From: Lytechinus pictus
Lineage: Eukaryota
Direction of reading: 5' to 3'
DNA: 64,000 nt
Assembly (NCBI RefSeq): GCF_037042905.1
Contig: NC_087251.1
Span: forward strand, 24,554,001 to 24,618,000
Positions 11,274 to 23,087 of the stretch are shown here, one piece after another. The stretch's first letter is position 1; each line of letters opens with the position of its first letter. The notes under the pieces are model-generated. The model was given only the letters and a program-made list of their open reading frames with translations. It searched no databases and was not told the DNA's origin. Made by a program: the position numbers and the translations under genes.

Positions 11274-12347
11274 CATAGGTGTCGATTTCTTGTGATGATT
11301 GGGGGGGGGGGGGGTGATTGGTGTCTGAGTCCCTGAAGTGACCAAATTGGGGGGGGGGGTGTGGGAGGGGGTAGGGACATTTTAAGAAATTGACATGCGA
11401 AAATTGCATTTTAGAGCATGCTAAAATAGGCCATAATATTGCAATCCATTTTCACTATTGAATTACAAAACACTGTAATACGTCAAGTTTACAAGTATTT
11501 TATTTCAAGGCAAATAACGACTCAAAACATTGACAGATAATGAAAGTATAGGCCTACGTAAATACGGAATAGCATATATATAGTAACGCTTAAAACAACC
11601 AATAAGAACAAGGTCAAAACAGTTCTGTGTAAGGTCAAAATGTCATTTTTTAATTGAAAAGGGATATAAATTGCATTGGCCATTGACAATACATGACAAG
11701 CAGTTCCGTGTAAGGTCAAAATTTCACTTTTTAATTGAAAAGTGATATAAATTGCATTGGCCATTGATGATGACTTGTCATCGCAAACCCTGCCAGATTG
11801 ATCTCACTATTATAGGATAGTGAGCAAAGGGAAAAATTATGTTATTCAAAATGATGAAGCTATAATCCCAATCTGTGTAACTTCAGCTAAATTAATAAGA
11901 TCATTATAAAAAGCATTTGTTGTTCAAAAAATTTTGCTCAAAAGTTGTATGCACCATCGAAATGAGAGACGGCCTAAACATATGCATTCATTTATGGCTC
12001 ATGAAATTACCCTATATCGGCAAGTTCACTTATCACATACAGATGAGTGCGTTAACTGTTTTCAAAACAGACTTGTCAACCTCATAAAAAAAACTTATAT
12101 AGAATTAACAAGTTTGGGGAATGAATTTTGTTTTTCTTTTTTCCTTTTTTGTACTTCTGTTATGTCAATTTTTATTGATTTTATACATATTTTAACAAAT
12201 TTATCGACTTTTTTTGGAGATACACTGTTTTTTCATGCCCTCGAAATATTGGGGGGGGGGGTGATTGTAGGCCTACTGGCCACCCCCCACCTGATTTTTT
12301 TTTTTTTGGGGGGGGATATCCCCCCCCCCCCGGGATCGACACCCATG
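11274..12347. mobile_element. hAT-like non-autonomous element
   Basis: TIRs CATAGGTGTCGAT and ATCGACACCCATG; perfect 8-bp TSD ATCCCGCA (11266-11273, 12348-12355); poly-G/C subtermini; internal 81-bp-period duplication at about 11620-11767. Confidence 0.85.
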
Positions 12348-12415
12348 ATCCCGCATGCATGAAACCTTTATTGTCATCACTTGAATTTAACTTACCTATA
12401 TAATTCAGAGCTTAA

Positions 12416-12979
12416 AGGGGAATAAATCCATTGGAACAAGTGGGCTTGTGTGGAAAGAGAAAATAAGATCGAAAAAAGTTTGAGAAAAATCAGACAAATA
12501 ATATAAAAAGTTTTGAGCATTTGCATATTGCGAACACTAGTACTATGGATATCCTCCTATTGGCAATATGCGACAAATGTGTGTGATGTCAAATGTGAAC
12601 AACTTTCCCTTTGATTAACTATAAAATACCTCCCAAATGTATCTTTTTGCTCTTTCTCATGGTGATACAAACTCTTTATCCATAATTATTTGAAAATCTG
12701 TATTACAAGCCCTTCTATAGAAAGAATTCATGATCTACTGATAGATGTGATAAAAGAGGAATTTTAAGTGAATTATAAACAAAAGCAATGGGAAAGTTGT
12801 TCACACATCTTTGTCGCATTGCCAATGAGATTATCTACATTACAATAGGCATAATGATCACTTCAAAGGCTCATAACTTTCTTATTATTCATTCAATTTT
12901 TCTAAAACTTTCGTTGATCTGTTCCTTTGATTTTTCTGTTTTCATACAAGCTATCTTGTTCGAAATGTTTCATTTTCCT
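12416..12979. mobile_element. Kolobok-like MITE, family B
   Basis: TTAA|AGGGGAAT ... CATTTTCCT|TTAA; colinear with 39655-40239. Confidence 0.8.
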
Positions 12980-13323
12980 TTAAGTTGTATTACACAAATG
13001 CAGATGGATTTCGGGGGGTTATTGAATTCAATTTTTGGGATCAAAATTTGATCTAGGAACATGGGACGGGCATGCTGGGACTATACGATTCATAAAGAGT
13101 CACAATAAACATTTGTTTTTCTTTTCGCCCAATACTATGCGATACCATAACCATAGATATTAGTACGCGTGTCCTAAAGTAGACGGCTGGCCTAAATCAA
13201 CTGGGAATCGTAAGTTTTCTTTTCTTTTTTAAATTTGCGAATGCCAACATTTCAAATACATACGTATGTCACCTTTCTTATGATAACATTTCATGCTTTA
13301 TACATACTTTTTCTGGTGTATAG

Positions 13324-13359
13324 CTAACCCAGCTGAGGGAGCTCCCTCAGCTGGGTTAG
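13324..13359. repeat. Perfect 36-bp palindrome
   Basis: CTAACCCAGCTGAGGGAGCTCCCTCAGCTGGGTTAG equals its own reverse complement. Confidence 0.95.
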
Positions 13360-14207
13360 TGTGACTACGCCGCGCCAGTACCCGTGTGGGCACCAGTCGC
13401 GTGCTTCGCATTGGCCGGCCCTGGGCGCCGCGCCGGGCACACGGGATCTGGGTCCCGTATAGACAGGAATAACCGTCGTTTCTGGGGATTTATTCAACAA
13501 TTTCTGACATTTTACTGTAATCCCCATTTACCGACGGTTGGGTGTACGTGTGGGCTCGCATGTGTTCTCATTCCCTCCCTTTTGTCAATTCACAGTCCAA
13601 AGTTTGATGTAATTTTACACATCGAATTTACAATCTAAGGATGTAATATAAACAACAAACTTTTAAAACTTGATATTTCAAGGTTTAGATACTTTAAACG
13701 ATATAGATGAAAAAGGCATGAAAAATATACTTTACCGATGTTTAATTGGGTTGAACACGATAAAAATGGTCAAAATGGCAGCCAAACTATAAAATATTTA
13801 CAAACGAACGTCAACAATCACGAATGTGATATCGATATTGCTTTCGATATTATACGATCTGCTCCATATGCGAACGAAACCGAAGATAAACGATACTAGT
13901 TATACTAGTACTAGTACTAGTTATAATCGCGATATATCGATTCGAGACATTAGTCATTACGTTAATAACGATAATGACGTCATTCAAGATGGCAACTTGC
14001 AAGAAAAACCGTCAGGTCAGGTGAAAATGTCTTAGATGACAGATTTCTCAATCATCCAGAGGATTTTTTTCAATAACTTAAGTTATTTATATTTCCCTGA
14101 TAATGGAAACCATGAAACTTTCAATTTTGCTTAAAAAACAGTTTTAAATCGCGATCTATAAAACGCTAGTTCACTATACGTTGGCTGTAGGTACGGGGCC
14201 CCATCCC

Positions 14208-14286
14208 CTTCAGTCTATGTATGGTGAGTGGAGCCAACGTAGTTCAGCGGAACAACCAAAATACAGAGACTGAAGCTTTTGGTCTA
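14208..14286. mobile_element. Solo terminal hairpin of the Academ-like element at 820-1270
   Basis: CTTCAGTCTATGTATGGTGAGTGGAGCCAACG...GACTGAAGCTTTTGGTCTA aligns with about 1189-1270. Confidence 0.65.
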
Positions 14287-14819
14287 GGTCCCGTATTGCC
14301 CCGGGGACCTCGACACGACGTCTTTAGACAGTACGTGTTCGGGCTGCCGCAGTAAGGTCCCGTAACACAAAGTCAGATTAACGATGCCGATGCGCGATTT
14401 ATCTTCATATCAAAGACACTACAATTGAAAGACTAGACACAGAAATTATCTTACACGTAAATCGATGCAAAGCGTTACGCGAAGTCGGCATAGTGTTCAA
14501 TCTTTTTACTGTAAAGACTTTGGTGGAACGTTAATTGACAAACGAACGGTAGCACTTGCGGGGCTTTGTTCAAGGTACATAGAATTTTCTATATTTTTTG
14601 TTTAATTTGTCATCGTTTTGAATATTTTCCAAAAAGTATTATCGTCAGCAAAAATAATAAAAAAGTAATAAAAGTATGTTTTTTAAGTTATTGCATTTAT
14701 TGGGGTCTCTATTTTATCAAACAATTATTGGAATTGCGCATACAATGAATCATGAATCTAGTCTAAAAAAAACCACACAGCTGAATTAAGGTTGTGAACT
14801 GTATTAGCGCCACCAACGA

Positions 14820-14871
14820 CCTCCTTTTTATTTCCGTGGAGGAGACGTGCGAAGCCACTTTCCAGGCGGAG
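14820..14871 (+). other. FKBP2: Candidate non-coding first exon of FKBP2 (start approximate)
   Basis: Strong donor GAG|GTAAGC after 14871 in a CpG-rich region. The ATG exon begins at an acceptor (CAACAG, ending 15361), so an upstream UTR exon is expected. Confidence 0.5.
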
Positions 14872-15376
14872 GTAAGCGATTTTGCTCTTTTTTGTGTCCT
14901 TTTAAATTAAAAAAATATGTTAAAAATTGAAAATGGAACGCTTTATACCATAAAAAGCCTTGGTGAGTAGCGGAATGGGTTTCGGCTAACATCATTCACG
15001 TTATGAAGCGATGTTAACGACAACTCTAAAATCCACTACAAAAACACGATGGTTGTGCGAGGTTCGTATAGAATATACTAACCTCGCAATAGTGTGAGTG
15101 ATTCTAGCCATGATATAGAACATATATGATGGGGGAGTGGAAATACATACCAAAATATGGCTTGCCTTTATTCTGTCAAATTTTGAGCAGGATCTAGTGC
15201 GCGTAATTGTCCATAGTCTTCTGTTTATTTAATCAGTAAAAGGGCAGGGGGCTCTGCCACTAAGGGCTGTTTTATTAACCCAATGATAAAGACTTATTAT
15301 CAACAAGTAACTCTTCAGACTTTTGATGTAGTCTACTTGTGTGTTTTTCCTCAACCAACAGATAAAACCTTTCAAG

Positions 15377-18300
15377 ATGATCTCTCTTAAGTCATTGTTT
15401 GTCCTTTGTCTGGTATCACTGTGCTGTTTTGGATATGTTACTGGAGAGAAAAGCAAGAAACTACAGATCGGTGTGAAGAAGAAGGTGGAAAACTGCTCTT
15501 CAAGATCACGCAATGGAGACCGCCTTTCCATGCATTACACTGTAAGATAAGGCACATTATTGGTAGAGTTATAACTTTCTTAAAATTAACTTGAATTAAG
15601 AAGAAGTTTTTCAGGAATATTCGACAGAGGAACCAATATTACATGCCAACTTCACTATTATGTTTTTTTTAAGGGAAGGGGGGGGGGGGGGCATTGATGT
15701 AGTCACCCATCTGCACACATCCAAATTTAATCTCGAGGAAGGATAGACCCGAGTGTTAAAATAGTTAATGTATCACTGTGACTGTTTGCCCGGCATACAC
15801 TCTTAATGCCAAACTGATGATGATTCTCATTTTCCACTGTTAAAGATAATGATCATCACCAACAATAATATTAGCAAATTTTGATAATGATATCAGTTAT
15901 ATATTTGATTATGATGAAATGATGATGGTACTGAAAATTATAGTATTAATGCTAAATGAAAACTTGATACTGATAATATGTTAATGGTATAATGGAAATG
16001 GTAATATGATGATGATAAAAATCATCATAAAAATGTACATGATGGCGGTGATGATGAGAAATGATGGTAATAAAAATGACAGTTTTTACAAATACAATGT
16101 AGAAAAAAAAAAACTTCCAGTACAGTGGTAGTCCATTGTCATGCTGGATACTGGCATTTTGAATCACCATTTCATTATCTTTCTCAATTTTATTACTGCA
16201 GGGTAAATTAGAAGATGGAACAGAATTTGATAGCAGCATTCCAAGGAAACAACCCTTTGACTTTACACTTGGAGCTGGGCAAGTTATCAAAGGCTGGGAT
16301 CAAGGTCTACTGAAGTAAGTTGAATATTAAGCAGTTGCAAAACACTAGTGTCGCTGTTGCTTCTTGCCACGGCCTGCCATAAATCTTTTGTTGTTTGGCC
16401 ATCGTTTGTCTCACCATCCTGCTTTCATTCCCATGGTAACTTAAAGAGGAAGTTTTCCCCGACGACGAATTGGTTTGAGAATCTATGCAGAAAAATAAGA
16501 GAAACATTATTGGACGATTGATGAAAATACATCAAAGAATATCATATTTTTGGAAGCAGTGATGTCACATGTTCTGTAATCTGATTGGTCAAGTTGTTTG
16601 TGAGACAAACCCATATTTATATATTTTACTTCGTCACAAAGATCAAACAGGTAATGTGAGCCTGTATCACCTGTTTGGTGTTCTTGTTGTTCTTGTGTTA
16701 ATGTTGTTTTTATTGTTATGCGCATGCCCAGTGCTGATTTCAACCATGTAATATGAGACTGTATGACATGTGTATTCTGTTAAAAATACAAGCCCTTTTG
16801 ATTAATTTTCGAATCATTTTGTAATGATGTGTCTGTTCATTGTTAAAAGCTGTATATTTATGTTTTTGACAGTATGTGTGAAGGAGAGAAGAGGAAGCTT
16901 GTTATCCCATCAGATCTTGGATATGGTGATAGGGGAGCACCCCCTAAGATCCCAGGTAAGCATTGACATTGGTATTCAATTCAATTCATTTCAAATTCAA
17001 TTGACCACTTGGAGACAGAGCCCATGGCCCGTATTCTGAAGTCGGGTTTAATTTAAACTCAGGTTTAAAGTTGTGGTTTAAGTATGGAAAGCCAATTGTG
17101 ACATAAATCACTAACAGTAGAGATATAATATTTTAGCTAATTTGACTCTCAAATCATTGTCAATTGTCTAGGAATTATGAATAGACAATTGTCTTCACAA
17201 TCAAAGAACCAGGAAAGAGCAGAGTAAACAGAAGAAACATACAATGCAATAAAAATTTGGACACTTTTGGCTTCCCATAATTTTAGCACAGAGTTAGACC
17301 ATGGTCTAAGTTAAACCTGACTTCAGAATACGGGCCCATGTGTCTATGGGCTGGGTTCTGTGAGAAATGCATGCTACATTATATACAGCATAACATTCCA
17401 GTGTCCAACAGATTAAATACAATTATTGTCTTCTGCTGATGGAATACTCATGAAGAAATTTACAAGCAATGCTCATTGAGAACAGCAATAATTGAAAACA
17501 TGCAATAATTGTATTATATTGGGTGGCATTTGGTTTTCTGTTGGCCTAAATGCCACATTCTTGGTCAATGATATATTTGTGAATAACTTGAATTGGTTGA
17601 ATAGAATAGTGTTCTTGATGCAGTTTCTCTCTTATTGTGTCACCTTGTGTGACAAGCATGATATACACACTGCTTCATGTTCAGTTCAGTTCAAATTAAC
17701 ATTGTTTTCTTCGGTTTGACATATATATTTGTTAATGTTTTTTTTTATCAGAATAAGTAACATAGATAACCTTGTTTATGATAATTATGTAAAAGAAAAA
17801 TCCATATATCCCAAAAATGTTAAAATGTAGTGTAGCATCAACATTTCTGGAAATCCTCCTTTTTTATAATTATTCTATTTTTTCTTCCAAAATTCAAGCT
17901 TTATTATCACAGAATATTGGTACATAGAACAAATTTAGTCTCATTTTATATAGAGCAGAAAATATTTAAAGGCTACTATTGCCTTGCAAGATGTTCCACA
18001 AATTCCTGAGCAGGAGGAATATTAAAATGCATGTTTCACTCTATGCCAATTTTTTGTTTTTTGTTGTGAAAAAGACACCATGTTGTGGTCATTCCATTTC
18101 CATTACCATTATAAACAAATACAAATTATAGAAGGTTAAAGGTGTATTTGTATACCAAAATTCAAATTTATATTACTTTATGAAATTGTTTGATCTTGAT
18201 TGACTACACATCAATAGAGAAATTGACAAAGGGCTTCTGTTAAGCCGTGGGCTTGAATGAAGGTGATGGAACCATCCAAGGAAGATGTATTTTCTAGATT

Positions 18301-18679
18301 TGAGCTATTTTTACCCCAGCATTTATTCATTCCAATTTACTATTTGTATTTGAACCCATTTTATTTCATTGAAGTTACTTTGCAACTTATTTTTAAACAT
18401 GTCAGGGCTATATCACCTGAGTACCAACATATCCTATTCACTAGGACATGCTTTCTGTTGTGCTATTGAATCATGGTAAAAAATCAAGGCAAGTCACAAC
18501 AGACACACAAATTCTTATATAAAAATTGGTTGGATGAAATTACATTGGTACTTTGGAAATCCCCTTCTATGTCATGACCTTGTTTTCTCATTTCTTTTTT
18601 TTAATGATTAGGTGGAGCCACTTTGATCTTTGAGGTAGAACTACTGAAGATTAATAGGAAAGAAACAGACGAACTATGA
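15377..18679 (+). CDS. FKBP2: FK506-binding protein 2 (FKBP13), ER-luminal peptidyl-prolyl cis-trans isomerase, 142 aa
   Basis: Exons 15377-15541, 16202-16314, 16873-16955 and 18612-18679, all GT-AG and in phase. Signal peptide, then [97 protein letters not shown], with a KDEL-like retention signal. Confidence 0.97.
17026..17336. mobile_element. Harbinger-like MITE in an FKBP2 intron
   Basis: TIRs GGCCCGTATTCTGAAGTCGGGTTTAA and TTAAACCTGACTTCAGAATACGGGCC; 3-bp direct repeat CAT; degraded relative at about 38445-38885. Confidence 0.8.
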
Positions 18680-18921
18680 TATCACCATTTTCTATTTTAA
18701 TTTCATTTATTTCTTCATCACTTACCACTTAGGTTTTGATTCTTTTATTATTCAGGTATTACCTGTAGTTTATCTCTTTTTTTTTGGGGGGGGGTCAGTT
18801 TTATAACATTTATTTTGATTAACTTATAATTTGGTGATAAAAGAGTTCCGCTCTTTTTTTCTACTTCTGTTATCTCTAGATACTTAGTTCAGTCTTACCC
18901 TCCCCTCCTTGCCTGTCTGTC

Positions 18922-18953
<32 letters not shown>

Positions 18954-20560
18954 CCTTCTTGCTCATTATCATCCCAGTTGCCCCCCTTTTTCTGAATTTA
19001 TGATTTTTAAAATTCAAACAATACTTGTTTAAAGTAATGAACACAATATATTCAGAAAAAGTTCTATTTTGGTGCCTACATGACTATAACATTGTTTTAT
19101 ACAGGATAATTCATCACATTTTTGTTACATGTACTGTTTTATAATGTACTAGTACTTGATGCAAAATATATACATATACACATGTTTGTAACCTCTTTAT
19201 TGGAGTATAAATCAAATTGTTAATGAGTAAAACTATTATAATTGTATGTTATCTTTATTTCTATATTATGTGGTTCCCTTATACTAGTAGTTACAAGTGG
19301 TATCTTTCTAATTGTGTATGATCATGTTTATTATATTAAAAGATGACCAAAATATACATTTCAAGTCACTTTTATCAAAATTTTGAACAGTTTTGGGGGA
19401 AAAAGAATTACTCTGAAAACATTGAGCTAAGGAAAAAATTACTTCACAGATTGAAATAAATTGAAAGTAGGGCATGAATACAATTCATAACCTTATAAGA
19501 ATAACAACCTCTTAAGTTTGCAGGAGTTTTACATCACAACATCTTTAAAATGTTTATTGTATGTAGATTCATCATATCCTATTAATGTATGCTATGTTAC
19601 TGATTTTGTGTATCTTTTAAAAAGCATGTCAGAAGCAATAAGTAAAAATGGTACAAATCTGTGATATACCGCAGTAGTTTCTTCTTTGAGTTTGTGTTCT
19701 GTTGTGTGAAACCATCCCTATTTTGCGCTTAGAACAGTTGTAATATGTGTTGTACAAATGCTTCATGTTATGATTATTTGTTGCCCTTTTTAATGTCATA
19801 CTTCAGGTGGGAATAATACTTCAAATCAGAAACCTGATCCACGAATGTGAGTTTAGAGTGGGATGGACTTAAAAAGCCCATAATTATATTTTTTCACATG
19901 TTCCACTGCTATAAAGCCCACTGCACACTATAAGTTGTTGGCGATCCAGCTTTGTAAAAGAAGTAAATAGTACTTTACACTCAAACATGGAAACCCAAAC
20001 TTTCTAAATTTCTGAATATCAGTTCTAAGGCTTAAACTCTTTGCTATTGAAAGCCCAAAAGGATAGGCATTCTGGACCATACTAGTACTGATATACAGAA
20101 TTAAAAAGGAAAACAATCCCTTTATTAATTTGGAACCTTGTGTTATAGGATTTTTCCCCTGTTCAAACGTTCATGATAAATGAGTACTCAATTTTTTTTT
20201 TAATGTGGTCTTGGTATGATTGTGTATGTTGTGTTGCGGGCTGATTAAGCAGCCAGTGGATGATTGTCAATCCTTATCAACGATAAAAATACCCCCAAAA
20301 CAATTCTACTCAGGGTGGCCCTACAGGGGGAGGGGTGCAGGGGGCATCTACCCCCTGTGATTATTCAAGGAGTGAAAATAGGGAAAAGGAGGAGAAAAAG
20401 AAAAGGAAAATAATGAGAGAAGAAAGGAGAGCACAAATAAAGAGGTAAAGGTCGTGCAACTCTATAATATCTCAGTTCAATTGAGAGGAAACAAATTCTT
20501 GACCCCCCCCCCCCCCCATTCAACATATCTTGCCGCCGTCCTTGTTTCTGCCGATTTTGA

Positions 20561-20942
20561 GGTTTATTTCCAATTCGTCTAATGCCAATTGCCAACTTGT
20601 CTACTATCATTTGGTCTACCATCAGTTTGTCCACTCACCACATGGTCTACTTACGTTTAGTCTGATCCCATTCCTTCTAATAACCAGTTGGTCAAATAGC
20701 CATTTAGTCCATTTGGTCTAATTGGACTAAGTGTTAAATTGTGCAAAATGAATGAAAATGAAATGGATACTAGACCAACTGGTTATTAGACGAAATGGTC
20801 ATAGACAAAATGGTGATTAGACGAAGTGATGATGGACTAAATGGTTGTAAGACGAAATGTTGGACAGAATGGCATTAGAATAAATGAAAGTAGACCATGT
20901 GTTGAGTGGACAAGTTTGCAGTAGATAAATTGGCAATTAACC
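20561..20942. mobile_element. MULE/foldback-like MITE with short tandem subterminal repeats
   Basis: GGTT...AACC termini; flanking direct repeat (CC)GATTTTGA of 8-10 bp; arms of (T)GGTCTA-type repeats mirrored by TAGAC(G/C)A-type repeats. Confidence 0.75.
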
Positions 20943-21468
20943 GATTTTGAAGGTTACAAGGATTATAAAAATGGTGATGGTGTCAAAGAGTGGAGGGGGT
21001 AAAAAAGTTTGTGGAAGTTAAAGGAAAAGTTTGTCTTGACAGTAAGTTAGTTTTATAAAAGCAGAAAAAAAGCAAATGGTGAAGATTTGATGAAAATAAG
21101 AGATTAATGAATCTTATAAGGTTTTTAATATGTGACGTCGTATGCGAGCATCTCCCCGTGTAGACCTATCATGTAATATAATTTCCATAAATTCTAATGA
21201 AACATGATGAATGAAAATATTTTTTTCATATAGAACGGGGCATGAAATACTTTGTCTAATTATATATCCTTTTAGGAATAACATCACTTTCAATATTTTG
21301 AGACTTTATTTAAAAAATATATCAATATTGTGCGACCTATGGAGAAGCTGCTCGAAGGTGACATCTTCAAAACCCAATTTTTAAACAATTTTAACTCCAT
21401 TATTCTTTGGCAAAAAGAAGCTGCTGAAAACTGCTTATCTAATAAAAGAGAGCCAATGGAGTAAATTA

Positions 21469-21642
21469 GAAAGTCAAAAAGGGGCCTAAGCTTTCGATCC
21501 TAGCAGAATCTTCGTCGGAGGCAAAATGACAAACATATAAAGTGGAACAACCATAATATAGACCACAAACAAGCTACAGCAACACTAGAAACAAGGAGAC
21601 AAAAGGGGCATTAGTGAGTAGAGAAGACCAATCAGGTTAGTG
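21469..21642 (-). mobile_element. Short 5'-truncated copy of the PLE 3' end, including the hammerhead motif (21473-21530)
   Basis: Reverse complement of 10527-10702 with one substitution and one 2-bp indel seen by eye; same 3' terminus ...TTTTTGACTTTC. Confidence 0.92.
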
Positions 21643-22672
21643 TCAGGGTAAACATCACATTTTACGTTGAAGATGTAAATAATATCAGTAAATATAATGG
21701 AGCTGGTGATGGCAGTTCGGATTGACAATAAAGATTGTGATGTATGTCGTTGATATCATAATTAGTGGCTAGTAGAAGAAAATCTGAATGGAAATTTGAG
21801 TTGAGATGATAAAGAAAGATAATGATGATTATCGTAATGGTAATAATGGTCATGGTGATTGTTGTTTGTGATGATGATGGTGGTGGTGATGATGCGGATG
21901 ATGATGATAACGATTTAAAATCTGATAACAAACAAACTATTTAATTCCAAAGCGGAGCAATATCTAGTGAAAACTGTTGTACGTCATCATGAATATGCAG
22001 TTGGTGGGTTGATGATGTTTTGTTCCCACTTTCCTTTTTTCTTATGTTATAGGCCTAGCATAAAATCATATCATATTTTCATAAATGATTGTGTGTGATA
22101 TCTCTCCCTTGCAACAAATTAAAATGGCAGCAATGATTATCTTACACATTTAATCCCGCGTTTTCTTTTTTTCTATTTAGAGGACGAATTTGAATAAATA
22201 TAATGTCATGTAATAAAATACAAAGTAATAATTGGGGATGTGACAGAAGCTTGCTCGTTGCATATTCATGAAAACATGCATAAAACCATGGACCTACTAC
22301 TCTGCCCCTGTAGGTCCATGATAGAACTCAGTGTTTCACCGAAATAATGCGAAACTTTGCTATTCCTTGTCCGATTTGATGAAATTTTCTTTGTCTGATT
22401 TTACTTCATCTATACTCAGCACGGAGTCCCCATTTAATTTTTTTTTATATTTATCAAAATGCTTATAAAAATTCCCGGGTAAAAAATATGCGACGAAATT
22501 TGCAAAATCCAATGGGTAAACAAATTATTTTTTTTTTGCAAGTTCCTAAACGTACAAAAGGTCATCTCTCCCCTGGGTATTGGTTAGAAACCATTTTCTT
22601 TCGATTCTTTTGTTTCCAATCGGTCTCTCCCTTTCTTATCATCAGCAATATCTTCCGAGAGCTGATATTAAA

Positions 22673-22849
22673 TGTGTGTGTATTTGAGTTTTGTCAGACG
22701 TGTATCAATCAGATATGATTATTTACGTCTGGGACCGACCTTTAACGTCACCATCCGAAAGACGTGACCAGGGCTCGAACCTCGAACCTCTGCATCAATT
22801 TGTAACTTCCCCACAGCTTGGATTACAGGCGCACGCCACAACGCCTAGT
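22673..22849 (-). mobile_element. SINE-like element with a 7SL/Alu-domain-like head, B-box, conserved-looking core and (CA)n tail
   Basis: Minus strand reads ACTAGGCGTTGTGGCGTGCGCCTGTAATCCAAGCTGTGGGGAAG...GGTTCGAGGTTCGAGCCC TGGTCACGTCTTTCGGATGGTGACGTTAAAGGTCGGTCCC...CACACACA. Confidence 0.7.
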
Positions 22850-22965
22850 TGTACGTCATATGCATACAGACATCTCTGATAAATTTAATAAACGAGTCTA
22901 ACGAGAGGTGTAGAAAAAGTTTCGAAGGCCGATCATCAACGCAACGCACATGTACAATGCGTCAC

Positions 22966-22979
22966 GTCACTATGGATAC
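22966..22979 (+). promoter_or_regulatory. RFX X-box
   Basis: GTCACTATGGATAC fits the X-box consensus, about 110 bp upstream of the ATG at 23088; overlaps a CRE-like TGCGTCACGTCA. Confidence 0.65.
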
Positions 22980-23087
22980 GCACTATACAGATAGTGCAGA
23001 GCTAGAGAAGGGGGTAGCGCGCGAGCAACAGGTGTATTTTTATACCAGTCTGTTTTTGGCCAGGAAAATCTAAAAAATCTGTTCAAA

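Noticed and set aside
22760..22849. Functional tRNA or 7SL gene
   Set aside because: No cloverleaf, no SRP S-domain and no oligo-T terminator; similarity to 7SL ends after about 45 nt, so treated as a SINE.
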